A stretch of 62,262 nt of DNA, counting the filler, from Ionaspis alba (Eukaryota), in the NCBI GenBank assembly GCA_964255285.1. It is 3 parts of 3 records of this genome, joined end to end, with 100 filler letters (N's around TTAATTAATTAA, not from the genome) between each part and the next. Parts side by side here need not be neighbours in the genome. Positions count along the whole stretch, not along the records: positions 20,825 to 41,539 come from CAXUUL010000241.1; positions 41,640 to 62,262 come from CAXUUL010000243.1; 1 more part is not named here. One strand, given 5' to 3'. Shown here piece by piece: positions 37,714-49,440 of this stretch (position 1 is its first letter; each line of letters starts with the position of its first letter). The notes under the pieces are model-generated. The model made no database searches, was not told the DNA's origin, and saw nothing but the letters and a program-made list of their open reading frames with translations. The translations under genes were made by a program, and so were the position numbers.

Positions 37714-38650
37714 TGTCAAGAAGATCGAGGAACTACTCCGAGCACTGTTGGCAAAAGGTATCAAGCCTGCATGGGGATACGTGATTTTAACTTAAAGCTT
37801 ATGACCCCACGTATGCAGGACTGCGGCGACGATGTAGATGTCGTCCAGCAAACTCGCTGGATTCAACCTATGAGAGATACCCATAATAGGCGGAGAAAGG
37901 TACGTAGAGGACGCAGAGTCGATCAAGCGACAAGAAGTACGATGAATGCAACACTCGTGGCATTTGTCCAATAAACGCAGCCAGATACGCGAATAGCGAT
38001 GCCAAGTCATCAGGCGAGACAAGGGCTATTGATCTACCGGACAGGTAGAGTCGCAGTGGAGGCGAGAGGTGGAGATTGTCCTGCAGCCGCTTTTGGTCGG
38101 CCTCGGCACAGCGTAGCGAGAGCGGATTTACTTCCAAGTGCAGTGGCCACCTGGAGCCCCTCTTCTGGTAGGTAGACTAAGTAATTGTGTACTTGACATC
38201 TGATTCCATCTTGGTCCTGTATTGTGTGGATTGTATCTGATACCCAGAGGTTCTTGTCGGGTTTGATGGTATACGGTGCTCTTCTTGGAGTTGGATAGAC
38301 CGAGATTGGTTCATTGGCGTGTTGAAAGTACACTATTTACGCTAGTAGAGTAGGGCTAGCCCAGAAGAGTTGATGTGAGTAGAGGTGTTTCTTGTCTTCT
38401 TCAGAACAACTAGACACGACTCTGTATTTGAGTCTTTGGACATCCTGCTAAACTGCCGTGCTTGTTGTCTGCATGTTCTGACTCCCTCTTTTCTTCATGA
38501 TGCTGTTATGACTCTCAGCCGATAGACGTCATTCCCTCCGTGTCAATCTTTCTACCACATGTGAGCATGGCAACACATATCTAACATCCTTGTCCACAAG
38601 TTAGATATCTTCTTGGATTTTCTCAGGCAGACACCTGTGGAAAGAGAAAC

Positions 38651-40518
38651 ATGCCTATCAAGTCAAAATGGACAATCCCAATACCAGACATGTCCCTCGC
38701 CTCCCTCCTCTTCACCTCGCCGACACACCCTCTCTCCACCACTAAGCCCGCCCTCATCGATGCCGATGAGCCCACCAGGTACTTGACGCCACATACCTAC
38801 CGGCTATGGTCTCAACGTTTTGCAGCCGGTCTCCTCAAACATGGCTTCAAACCCGGAGACCGGCTCCTTCTCTTCAGTGGCAACAACATCTTCTTCCCGG
38901 TCGTCTTCATGGGTGTCGTTATGGCCGGAGGCATTTTCACAGGCGCAAACCCAGGTTTCGTTGCTCGAGAATTAGCGTACCAACTGAAAAATAGCGAGGC
39001 TGTTTTCCTACTTTGTGCTTCCGCAAGCTTGGATATCGGGCTGGAAGCAGCATCCCAGGTCAAACTCCCAAAGTCCGGAATCTTTGTCTTTGATGACACT
39101 CTCATAACCAACGGCTCGCGTGAGCCTTCTCAAGGATGTCTGCATTGGTCAAAGCTGTTTGCAAGTACTGATGAGGGTCAAAGTTATCATTGGAACCTTT
39201 GCAATACCCCCGAGGAAAGTGGGCAGACCATTGCGCTGAACTATTCTTCCGGGACGACGGGCGTTCCAAAGGGCGTGGAAATCACCCATAAGAACTATGT
39301 CTCCAATTCCCTGCAAGTGCAATATTTGTTCAGCCTCGCGGACAACGCAGAAAGTAATCTAGCCACGGAAAATTGGTTGTGTTTCTTGCCAATGTACCAC
39401 GCCTACGCGCAGACATATTTCGTGGTTATGGGTGCCTTGCAAGGAGTTCCCGTATACGTCATGCCCAAATTTGACTTCGAAAAGATGTTGGATCATGTAC
39501 AGCAGTTCAGAATAACGTACCTCACTTTGGTACCTCCAATAGTGGTGGCAATGGCTAAGCATCCCTTGGTAAGACAGGGAAAATGGGACCTCAGCAGCAT
39601 TCGCGTTGCCGGATCAGGTGCTGCGCCTTTGGGAAAGGAAGTCTCGGAACAGTTCGACAGCCTCTGGGCCGGCAAACCCCAGAAAGAAAGGATCACGGTA
39701 AGGCAAGGATGGGGTATGACCGAGTGAGTCCTTTCCATTATATGTGTACAGCAGGGTTGGCAAATTGATCCATGATGTTCAGGGCAACATGCACGGTCAC
39801 AGGAGCCGACCCTTCAACGGATATGTCGATATCAACGGGATCTACTATCGGTGTCCTCTATCCCAATTGCGAAGCTAAAATCATGGACGACGATGGGAAG
39901 GCAGAGGTTCCTGCGAATGAACGAGGGGAGCTTTGGGTCAAAGCGCCGAATGTGATGAAGGGTTATTGGAGGAATGAGAAAGCCACGAAAGAGACATTGA
40001 CGCCGGATGGATGGCTGCGAACAGGTGATGTTTGTTATGTGAATGAGGACGGGAAATTTTATATTGTGGACCGAAAAAAGGTAGCACTAAGGGCAGGACA
40101 AAATGTATCGAAACCAGCGGGACTGACCTTCGAACAGGAACTTATCAAGGTAAAAGGTAATCAAGTCGCACCGGCCGAGCTAGAGGCATTACTCCTCGAC
40201 CATCCCGCTGTCTCGGATGCCGCAGTCATCGGCGTGGAGAAGTATGTGGATTTGCACTTACCTCCAAGGCCTGGCTAATACGACCGCAGAGACGGCGATG
40301 AATGCCCAAGAGCTTACATAGTCCTCAAGGCCGACCATCGGGCTACCGAAAACGACATTGTGAAATTTATGGATCAGAGAGTAAGTCGGACAAAACGTAT
40401 CACAGGCGGGGTCCGCTTCATAGACCTGATCCCGAAAAATCCTTCGGGCAAAATCCTGCGGAAGACTTTGAGGGAGAAAGCACAGAGCGAGGAGAGACTA
40501 GCCACATCAAAGCTGTGA
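38651..40518 (+). CDS. Peroxisomal AMP-binding acyl/aryl-CoA ligase (4-coumarate/phenylacetyl-CoA ligase-like)
   Basis: Motifs YSSGTTGVPKGV, QGWGMTE, GWLRTGD, IVDRKK|ELIKVKG and IPKNPSGKILR. The spliced C-terminus ends ...RLATSKL* (PTS1). Confidence 0.93.
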
Positions 40519-41539
40519 ATGCAGAAGCGTACGCAGACAGGTTGTCTAGAATCTTTCAGAGTGCATCAAAACAGGCGCCGTGCTGTACGATCATTGCATG
40601 TAATCACAAAAGCACAGAAGAAATCCCACACTCCAGATCCCATCCCAGCTGACTCACCACCGCATCACCAACGCTCTTGCATGCAGCTCCGTCCGCATAA
40701 GCAAACAAACAGATATTATGCAAGCAATTAAAATGCACTTACAGCTCGCGCCAACTCCATCTCATCCCGCCCTATCCTTTTCCAAAGAACTCCCAAATCC
40801 GCCCTCCTCCCCTTCCCAGCTGAACTTCGCTTTATCACCCGCAGCCATTGGCTCGTTAGGCGAGTGATCGCCGCCAGGATCACCAAGGCCCGATCTCGAA
40901 GCCCTCCTCACCTCATCAAAGCTGAATCCCCTCCTCCACGCAGCTCAGAACGCAAAGGGCGCAACAGCGGCGCGTCGCGTACGAGCTCCAGATCGGGATC
41001 CCACCTTGGCCATCTCGTCTCGACTACGGACTCCTGTCGTGCCTACCGGGACTCCACGGCTGCTCATCCTTGCCTGCGACCGAGCTGGGGGGTTGAGTCG
41101 GGCCTGAGCAGGACCCTTTGTCTGGTGGGGTGCGTTGAGGACAGCTGAGGAGGATGTGTGTAGGGCTGGATGGGCGTTGAAGGAGGGAGATGGTGCGCAG
41201 GGGCGCCGTTGATGGCTGGCTGGATCTGGAACATTTCCGGGTTTGGGGAGTGAGAGGTACGTGCATACGGGGATGTGGTGCAGGAAATGGGAAGGTGGCG
41301 CGTGCGCTTGCTTTCGTGCCTGGGTTTGGATGCTTGATGTGGAGGAGTTGGTGCTGTGGGGTGCGGTGAAGGTGGGTGTGTATATATTGGTGAATGATGG
41401 CGGTGAAGGTAGGAGTTTTGCTTTCCTTCTTTTTCTGCTCTCTTTCTCTCCCCCCACCTCTCTCTCTCTCTCGTGTGGCCTAGTAGCTGTGTCTTGAAAG
41501 GTCTGCGTTGTTGATGTCGATTGCTCTTCTTGTTATACC

Positions 41540-41639
41540 NNNNNNNNNNNNNNNNNNNNNNNNNNNNNNNNNNNNNNNNNNNNTTAATTAATTAANNNNN
41601 NNNNNNNNNNNNNNNNNNNNNNNNNNNNNNNNNNNNNNN
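41540..41639. other. Artificial scaffold-joining spacer (44 N + TTAATTAATTAA + 44 N)
   Basis: Same 100-nt structure as 20725-20824, with the 12-mer at 41584-41595. Confidence 0.95.
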
Positions 41640-42891
41640 TCCTTCGCTTCTCTGTGTCTTGTTTCCAAATCCGCTAGCAAGTCTTTGTTCCGTCACTTCA
41701 AGTCCGCCAGTCCTCCCAGTATTCCATCTACTACATTTCCACTTGTTCCACATTCGTCAGAGTCATCGTCAGGATAGTTATCGATGTGTGATACCTGGCA
41801 ATCTAATAAATCTTCCTTGCTTCGGGTTCCATTCATACTCGCGTCAAATGCCGAGAGATATGAATCATGACGACTTTCTATATCATCTTCAATGTCTTCC
41901 ATCACCTCAGAGGGCATAAGGTCTTCTTTCAGGCAGTTGATGGCTCTGGTAAGGGCGCATGAGAGCCTTCGAATTGCCGTATATAGGCTTCGTTGAGCTG
42001 ACCGCGACCTTTAGCCGACTGATTGAGTACTTACATGTCTGTGCAGAGACGGCTGCTTTCCGACTGTGCCAACGGAGCAGGGTTATAGGTCTGGGGACTA
42101 GGAAGATTCAGAGGCCGTGGTGGTAATCTAAGACGCCTAAGGATTGCATGAAGGAAAGGGGTATGGCGCACAAGATACATGCTTTCCGATCCAGCCTTGA
42201 GCGTTCCTCTTGTCTCATTTCCAATTTAACGAGTAGTCGGCCACGTCGATGCTGCGCTGTAATTTTGCTCCGGGCAGGTAAAATTGGATGGCACAAGTTC
42301 TTTGGTTCAGCAAGACGAAACGGAATTTACCTATGACTATTGTCCGACAAATACAGCCAATAGCACATCGTCCTGGAAAATACCATTACTGGAATACTTT
42401 TTACTATATATGATCCAGCGGCAATAGAACCCTGCATAAGGTAGGTTAATATTCGCGAACGTTCTATATTCGCTCTGCTCTCCTTTCTACCACACCAGAT
42501 CCAGAACCACTTCACGTAGCTCACGACTCATGCTTAGTGATGTTGAAGTGTCGGCGACTATTTGTCGTATCGTCTCCATGGGCAATCCTCAAGTGTTGAC
42601 GCCGGCTCGCCTAATTAGCCTTGACCTTAGATTCGTCTTTTGATTCTAGTAGCAAACATGCAAACTCCTCAACACAATCTGGAAAATCAGCATCTTCAAG
42701 ATTGGTAAAGCTGGTCATCTCATCCTTCTACAACACTAATTTCTCTTCCTTCTTTAATGGTCCACAAACATCTCGTCAACTCGTGGGTGATCTCAATAGA
42801 GAAATAGAAAGTCATCTCCTCGCAACCAAAGTAGGCCATAAGACTTCCAGGTTATCGATGTCGTAGAAGCTGACACATGTAACAGGAAGCC

Positions 42892-43832
42892 ATGAGACCC
42901 TTTGCATCTAGCATCAGCAACATGAATCCAGACCTCACTCCTTTTGTGCCCAGTACCTTTACGGGTCCTTCAAATCGGAGGAAATCGGTGAAGCACTTGA
43001 CATGCTACTTCTGGTGGTCAACTGGTGTTTGCAACAAGTCACCAGAACAGTGTCTCTACTCCCACTTCAACACAGGAGAAATTGCAGACAGGCCACGCCA
43101 GGTACAGCCTGGCAGTAAGTCACCACCAACAAAAGACATGGCTCTGTGGACAAAGTGAACTGATGATACTACCTAGGACCGGCAGTGGCTGGCAATAATG
43201 CCAGATTGTGGCAACCACAGTATACAAACTGGCAGAGTCTTGATCCTGAGGGAGAACCTCAAGAGACTTCAGCTACCACCCAGCCCGCAGCACATTTTCT
43301 GGGCAACGATCCCAGAGCTTCTTCATCTCGATACATCAGCCCATGTCCACCGACGAATAGAGTCGAAAGCGTGGCCGATAGTCTCCAAGAAAATGTAAGT
43401 ATCGATCGAATCTTCAGCAGAAGTGGTCCTATTGAGCTGCCAACCAATATGAACCACCGCGGCCGGCCAGGTATCCAGTCCGACGTTCCAGCTTCCGGCC
43501 ATCTCGCTGCTCAGTACCAGGCTCTTCTTGAAGATGTCTTGACACACTTTGCAGGCTCACTTGACAAATACCATGAACAATTCCAAACCAGTCTTGCGGA
43601 TTCAAGGAAAGAGCTAAGCATGATCAAAGCGCTTTTGCGAACGGTGGAGAATGGAGATGCAGACATGGACTTTGTGAAGGCAATCCTGAATCGGATGATC
43701 AAGGAGAGGGGTGAGCGTGAAGAGACTGCGGAGGATGCGCTTGCGGCCTTCCGTGTGGACAATCGGTCTCTGAATGAGAAGTTGGGTAGGATTGACCTTA
43801 GCGCAATCTTTAGCCAGAGCCGCGCTGGCTAG
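42892..43832 (+). CDS. CCCH zinc-finger protein, paralogue A (exons 42892-43114, 43177-43832)
   Basis: KSVKHLTCYFWWSTGVCNKSPEQCLYSH (C-x8-C-x6-C-x3-H), then TGEIADRPRQVQPG|RPAVAGNNA...YTNW and a helical or coiled-coil-like C-terminus. The start codon is uncertain because an upstream intron acceptor lies at 42885. Confidence 0.8.
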
Positions 43833-45195
43833 AGATAAGGAAATGATAGCTAGTCTCGTTAAAGGTTACAGATGGTTGATCTCCTGAATGCCGGTAGTTC
43901 ACAACCATTAAGCGAAGTTGGTAGTCTTTGCCTGTCGCACTGCCGCGCTGCCGAGTTTGGCGGCAGCGCTTAGGGCGTCGAATGACTCTTTGTTATTGGA
44001 AACGCATGTTACATCGAAAATTTCTATATATGAGTAGTCTGTCAACAGTGGCTTAGTGAATAACCACTTTATGACGGCTATTAACAGTGCTCGAAGTCTA
44101 ATAAGCTCCGCATTCATCAGCCTACGGATTGGCAATTTTCGCACGGACGCATCGCTTCCTGCAATTGGTCTCGTCCGCCTTTCCTACATTATTTCCACCA
44201 TGAAAATGTCCCTTGAAGATCTCTTACAAATAGGTGATTACATGCCATAATGAGCGCTTTGTTGCAGCATTACACTTGCTTTACATTGGTATATTAAGAT
44301 AGTGTCAATATTAGCTGCAGGACCTTCGTCCAAGACTACTCGTTTCACTGCATTGTGCCGTCTACATACGAAGGATTACAACGATTACTGCCGTCTCGTG
44401 TTAACACGAAGGGCTCGAGTAAAATATGCAAAGACTCTATCTACCCATGCTGTGATGATAGTGACGGAATGTGCTGAGATGTCGGACCCAAGCATGCTCC
44501 TACCAGTGGAAGACAGAAGATGGCCCGACATAAGCTTCAAAGCCGGCAATCGATGGAAATGCTACCTTTGTATTGGCCACTGGTTGCTAAACTGTTTGGA
44601 AGCTAGTCAAAGGGAGCCGAGAGGTTTAGGGTTTGGATGTCACGTGACTACAACCGACCCGGGCTGTACTTTGGGATGGAGTTTGAGGGCCAAAGATGCC
44701 ACTTTCGCTTTGCATAGATTGCTAATTCTAGACTTATCGGTCGTTGAATGGGAGAATCGTAGATGCGTATGTTCAACACGATTTAGTGGTGTTGTAGAAA
44801 TTCGCGGTGTTTGTCTTGGCAAAAAGAACGCGAAATCGATCTCAGCTGCTAGTGTGTTCTGTGGTCCTTCTACCTGACGCGAGATCGTACCTTCTTTTAA
44901 CAAAAGCACTAAGACAATCGGACAACCCTTCTCGTACGTCCCATACCTCTATGCTGTTTCTGCCTGGTTGAGCGAATTGTTGTTCTCAAGAGATATTCAT
45001 TCCATTCCCCTGACAGTGATCTCCTCAACTTGACCCGCACCGTCCCAAGAAACAACCAGAGTTCTNNNNNNNNNNNNNNNNNNNNNNNNNNNNNNNNNNN
45101 NNNNNNNNNNNNNNNNNNNNNNNNNNNNNNNNNNNNNNNNNNNNNNNNNNNNNNNNNNNNNNNNNAAGAAACAACCAGAGTTCTACAGAAGCATC

Positions 45196-46273
45196 ATGGC
45201 AGATTCATCAAGGTAAAGACATCAAACTAGAATAATGCTGGGAATGCTTTACCTGACCTTCGAGCATAGTAACACGCCTGATAAATCTGATACGGATCGC
45301 AAGCCTTCTCGAATCAACACGTTCACCTTGCTTGCGCCTGCTGTAGTCCCAAAAGGCCTGCCCACTGGACAAGGATGGACGTTTGTGCCCGACGAGGCGC
45401 TGTTTCCTCGTCATGAAGCCATCGCACAAATGCCTCCTCACAATACAGCAAATCAGCACAAGCTTCTGCCGTATGGCGAGAAGGGCTGGGAGTCGGAGTC
45501 TGAGACAAGCTTGACTGCCACCGACCATTCAACACCAAGGGCCACTCAGAGTCTGGCCCAAGGTACGGCAGAGCAACGGCGTGCTTGGCCGCAGCCCAGT
45601 GCTCTTGCATCTCGAGTACGGACAGGTACCGGTGGCCATCCCGGGAGTCCTTTGAATCCGGCAGCACCAATTTACGTGCCGCCTCCACTGCGTGAAGCTC
45701 CCTCTGTCAAGCACCTCGAGTGCTACTTCTGGCGAAGAGGGTCCTGCAAGTTCACAGAGGATACCTGCCTATATGCGCATCACGAAACAGGCCAAGTCGC
45801 TGAAGGGCCAAGACGGAGGGAACCAGGAAGTAAGTGTCTTTCTCTGCTGTTTGCTTCGTGGACACGTGGTGGTCACCATGCTGATAAGGATGTAGTGCCT
45901 GCAGTTGCGGGTAAAAATGCCAAGTCTTTGTCGCCGACGTACTTGAATTGGCGAGAAGTTCACGGGCAATTCGGTTCTTTCCAGATCTCTCCCGGCGGTG
46001 GCCAGGTTCCAAGGCCGAACTTCCCCATTACGTCCTCGACTTCCATACAGCCTGTTGCAGCGGACCAGGAGTTGCCGTATAGCAGGCCCTTTCGGAGCGG
46101 ACTAGACAGTATGGGTCAGTGATCTAATTAGTCACACTGCTGGCAAGAAACTGACTGCTGGGGTAGCTGCGCAGGACTGGAGGTTGCCGGCTGAGGGATC
46201 AGCTGAAGCTCATGACGACAAGGAGAAAGATCATACTGCACGAGAGGAAGCGACCCCAAGCACGAAGGGATAG
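45196..46273 (+). CDS. CCCH zinc-finger protein, paralogue B (introns about 45213-45269, 45830-45895, 46109-46166)
   Basis: MADSSS start after splicing, PKGLPTGQGWTFVPD block, PLNPAAPIYVP, and PSVKHLECYFWRRGSCKFTEDTCLYAH (C-x7-C-x6-C-x3-H) followed by TGQVAEGPRRREPG|MPAVAGKNA...YLNW. The last exon is inferred. Confidence 0.8.
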
Positions 46274-46753
46274 TACGGTTGGGCGGATGCGATTAGAAGA
46301 GCAAATACCAACGGCTGCGTATCTTCTTGTGCATGAATACTCCAACTAGAAGCCGTATTAGATACTCGCGAAGACTCCTGTACTATGTACAGCAGTGGTC
46401 GCATCAACACAACATCTAATATCAGTTTCCTCATATGAGCTCTTGCATTCGTATATGTCTTAGGTTGTGAAAACTGCTAATGTGCAAAAAAAGACGTCAA
46501 GAGTATTGCCATCTGGTATAGAAGACAACGGCGCATCCCGTTAGGATCTTAGCAATGCACTCATCGCTGATGTGCTTAGCACACAGTCCAAGATGCTCTT
46601 AGCAAACACTGATAACCTTGTTGAGTGCCAACGCATCCATCTTTGATCTCTTCTGCGACTCAATTTAAGACCTTATCGTATCCCACATATAAGACGATTT
46701 CAATTTCTATGTTGTATCACCGTCACCGGACTTGTTTTTCCACCATCTAAACA

Positions 46754-47736
46754 ATGGAGACTGTACGACCAAACCTTATCATCGGGTTGCAGGAGAAATC
46801 TTCAGCAGTGCCTCTAGTACTTCAAATCTCTGAACTTCTTGTATTACCTACTTACAATTTAGAGGCTGCGACATAGATCGCGCAGTTGTCAACATTGAAT
46901 ATGCCATTGAACCCGCAGGCAATGCCATTCATGCCCTCTAGTGCCCCAACGAGGCCGCCTCAGCCTCTCCAGTCTGATAGCACGACTCCGAAGTTCCACA
47001 GTCGCATACACGTTGACAGCATTAGTAGTGCTTCCCAAAGGTCTTCCAGGTGGAACAAAGTGGAAGTTCGTACTAGACTCCAACAACGAATCTTCAATGA
47101 TTGAAAAACATAAAGAGATCATGTAGAGGCCATCCTATAACGCACCATATCAGCATCGAGTCACCATACCGCTTGAGATGCCCACCTCACCCCTTTTTTC
47201 TCCGGTACCGAGAAGCCCGAATGACGGCACAGCCTATTTCTCAATTGTCGAGGGTATGGTCGATAGTTGTGTTGATGATGTTGATATATTCCAAGGCCCA
47301 GCTTCTGACTTTGATAGACAGTCCAATGAATCCCAGGAACAAAAGCAGACGGCACACAACCAGCCAATATATGTGACCTACATCTTGGAATCAGAGCCTG
47401 CAGCCTCGGCCCTCATAGAAGCACCTTGAATGGTTTTTCTGGCGGTTATATGGGAACTGCAAGAATTCGGAAGAGATCTGTCGCTGGGCTCATCACAAGA
47501 CAAGACATCCTGCGCCACCAACTCCAGTGACAGACGGTCCCAACACAAAAAATGTTCCCATGTATTGAGATTCGAAACTGATTCATTATCGAGAACATCC
47601 AATGTCCAGCATGCCAGCAAGGCCACTTCCGCCGAATCTATACCCACAAATCCAAGATCACCAACTTCCGCACCCTCGCATGTCAAATGCAGGGATGGTA
47701 CCCGATAAGCATCCCCAAAGGCGTGAGGATCAGTAA
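46754..47736 (+). pseudogene. Disrupted CCCH zinc-finger paralogue C
   Basis: Read across frames: PLNPQAMPFMP; TLTALVVLPKGLPGGTKWKFVLD; HKEIM*RPSYNAPYQH; QPIYV; PS*KHLEWFFWRLYGNCKNSEEICRWAH. Most blocks are collinear with paralogue B but interrupted by stops and frameshifts. Confidence 0.8.
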
Positions 47737-48208
47737 GGTAAACAGAGCAGCACTTGAGAACAGAAATGGTAAGGGTATCAAGATGGGCAACAATCTTGCG
47801 CTGAATAACTCTCAATCAGACAATAGACATCTCGAGGAATATGTAGAACTAGAACATTGATAGCGAATAGCGCGTTATAGAGTAGATCGATCCTGTTCTT
47901 ATGTTGCTCTTGACCAAAGATATGCATAAAAGAATGGTGAAACAACAAACGTGCAAACTCGGTTTTGCTACTAGAGCCCAAAAGACTCATCGTAGTGGCA
48001 CAAAGAAGGTGAGAACGGCAGCTCAGCGGATGAGTGTCCCTGAGTACAGACTGTTGAAGCAGTTTCCAAATTCAATGCTCGTTATCTTCCGTTCCGCACG
48101 TAATTCTGGGGTCCAAGCAGTCTAGAGATCACTGGCACGAGGAGGAATCAGTTTATTTGTTCAAAGACATCGCCAGCACCGGAGGTTGAAAGATGGGGAT
48201 TTCCATTT

Positions 48209-49170
48209 TTATATTGCACCAAGCTCTTTCAACTTGGCAATCATCCCGTCTACATCCTGTACCTTTCCTCCCCCTTTCCTCGCAGGAGGTTCTAATGAAA
48301 GCAGTCAGCAAATATCGCATAGGAAGGGTCTTGAATGGAGGACTGGGAATTCTCTCTTCGCAAGTTTGCACATACCGACAACCTGTATAGTCTTCAACCT
48401 CCTCTGCCCATCAACCCCATAGTCCCCTAATGTTTTCTTCTCCATCTTCTTCTTCTTTGCCTTCATGATATTTGGTAAGCTTGCATACCGTGGCTCATTC
48501 AACCTCAAGTCCGTCGTGATGATCATCGGCAGTTTCGCCCGCAGCGTATCCACTCCCCCATCTATCTCTCTCGTCACGGTCACATTTTCACCCTCGAACT
48601 CGACCTTGCTAGCCTGCGTCGCTTGTGGCCACCCAAGAAGCCCAGCGAGCATCTGCCCCGTCTGCCCACTATCGTCGTCTATGCTTTGCTTCCCCAGTAT
48701 GACAAGATTGCGATCCTCTTTCTCGACGACTGCCTTCAACAACTTGGCAACGCTCAACGGTTCTAGATCTCCCTCCTTCTCCGTATCGTACTCCACATGG
48801 ATCGATCTGTCAGCGCCCATTGCCATGGCTGTCCGCAGTACGTCCGCACACTTTGGTACACCAGCTGAGAAGGCGAGAATATCAGAAACAGGCGTTGTTT
48901 TTCTTTCCCTAATTCGGACGGCTTCCTCTATGGAGATCTCATCGAAAGGATTCATGGAGTGTTTCACGCCCGCGGTCTCGACCGCTGTGTGAGCCTTGTT
49001 GACTCGAGGTCTGATCTGTGGAGAGATTTAATCAGTATGTGCACGTCCATGGCCTAGCGAATGGGAGGATTCCGCGTGTCGATTGAGGAGCGAAGAGGGA
49101 TCTTCTCTGGGCTTACAGCATAGTCGATGACCCGCTTAACGGGGACCAAAATTCTAAGTGAAGCAGACAT
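48209..49170 (-). CDS. CIR1: Electron transfer flavoprotein beta subunit (3 exons)
   Basis: MSASLRILVPVKRVIDYA|IRPRVNK...VKHSMNPFDEISIEEAVR, LGKQSIDDD, DLRLNEPRYASLPNIMKAKKK and EPPARKGG...LKELGAI*. Confidence 0.96.
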
Positions 49171-49273
49171 GATTATGTACAGGTGCAAGGGATCAATGGT
49201 TTAGAATAGTGAATCATACATGGGGCAAGCGCGGCGGAATGGTAATATGGGATTCGCAATCACCAAATCTCAA

Positions 49274-49279
49274 CCTCGG
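49274..49279. promoter_or_regulatory. Candidate FarA/FarB fatty-acid response element (CCTCGG) upstream of ETF-beta
   Basis: CCTCGG lies about 105 bp upstream of the ETF-beta ATG. The motif is known from Aspergillus fatty-acid catabolism promoters, but a 6-mer can occur by chance. Confidence 0.4.
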
Positions 49280-49440
49280 CTTCGGATTCATTCCGCAATC
49301 GTGCTTGGCAAACATGACTTCACTTCCTCTCTTTTCACCACGACGATAAATGTTCAACGCAACATCGTGGACCACGAAATGTGTTCTTCGTATCTATCCC
49401 GAGCACAGAACCATCTACCAAGCCTCTAACCACGAAACCC

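Noticed and set aside
37868..38333. Overlapping minus-strand ORFs between NUP188 and the CoA ligase
   Set aside because: No recognisable motifs or consistent splice model, so I cannot distinguish them from intergenic noise.
40760..42600. Minus-strand ORF fragments on both sides of the second linker (40945-41457, 41693-41917)
   Set aside because: Low-complexity translations. An intron-like signal near 41998-42035 gave no coherent long frame, so any gene is unsupported.
44302..44877. 191-aa GTG-initiated ORF between CCCH paralogues A and B
   Set aside because: Non-ATG start, random-looking composition, and no similarity to the flanking family or any motif I recognise.
45047..45184. 19-bp repeat AAGAAACAACCAGAGTTCT on both sides of an N gap
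   Set aside because: Overlapping contig ends rather than a biological repeat.
14452..49170. ETF regulator (LYRM5-like) and ETF-beta in the same window, and likewise CCR4 with the CCCH/PAM2 genes
   Set aside because: They are separated by two synthetic linkers, so they lie on different scaffolds and show no real linkage.
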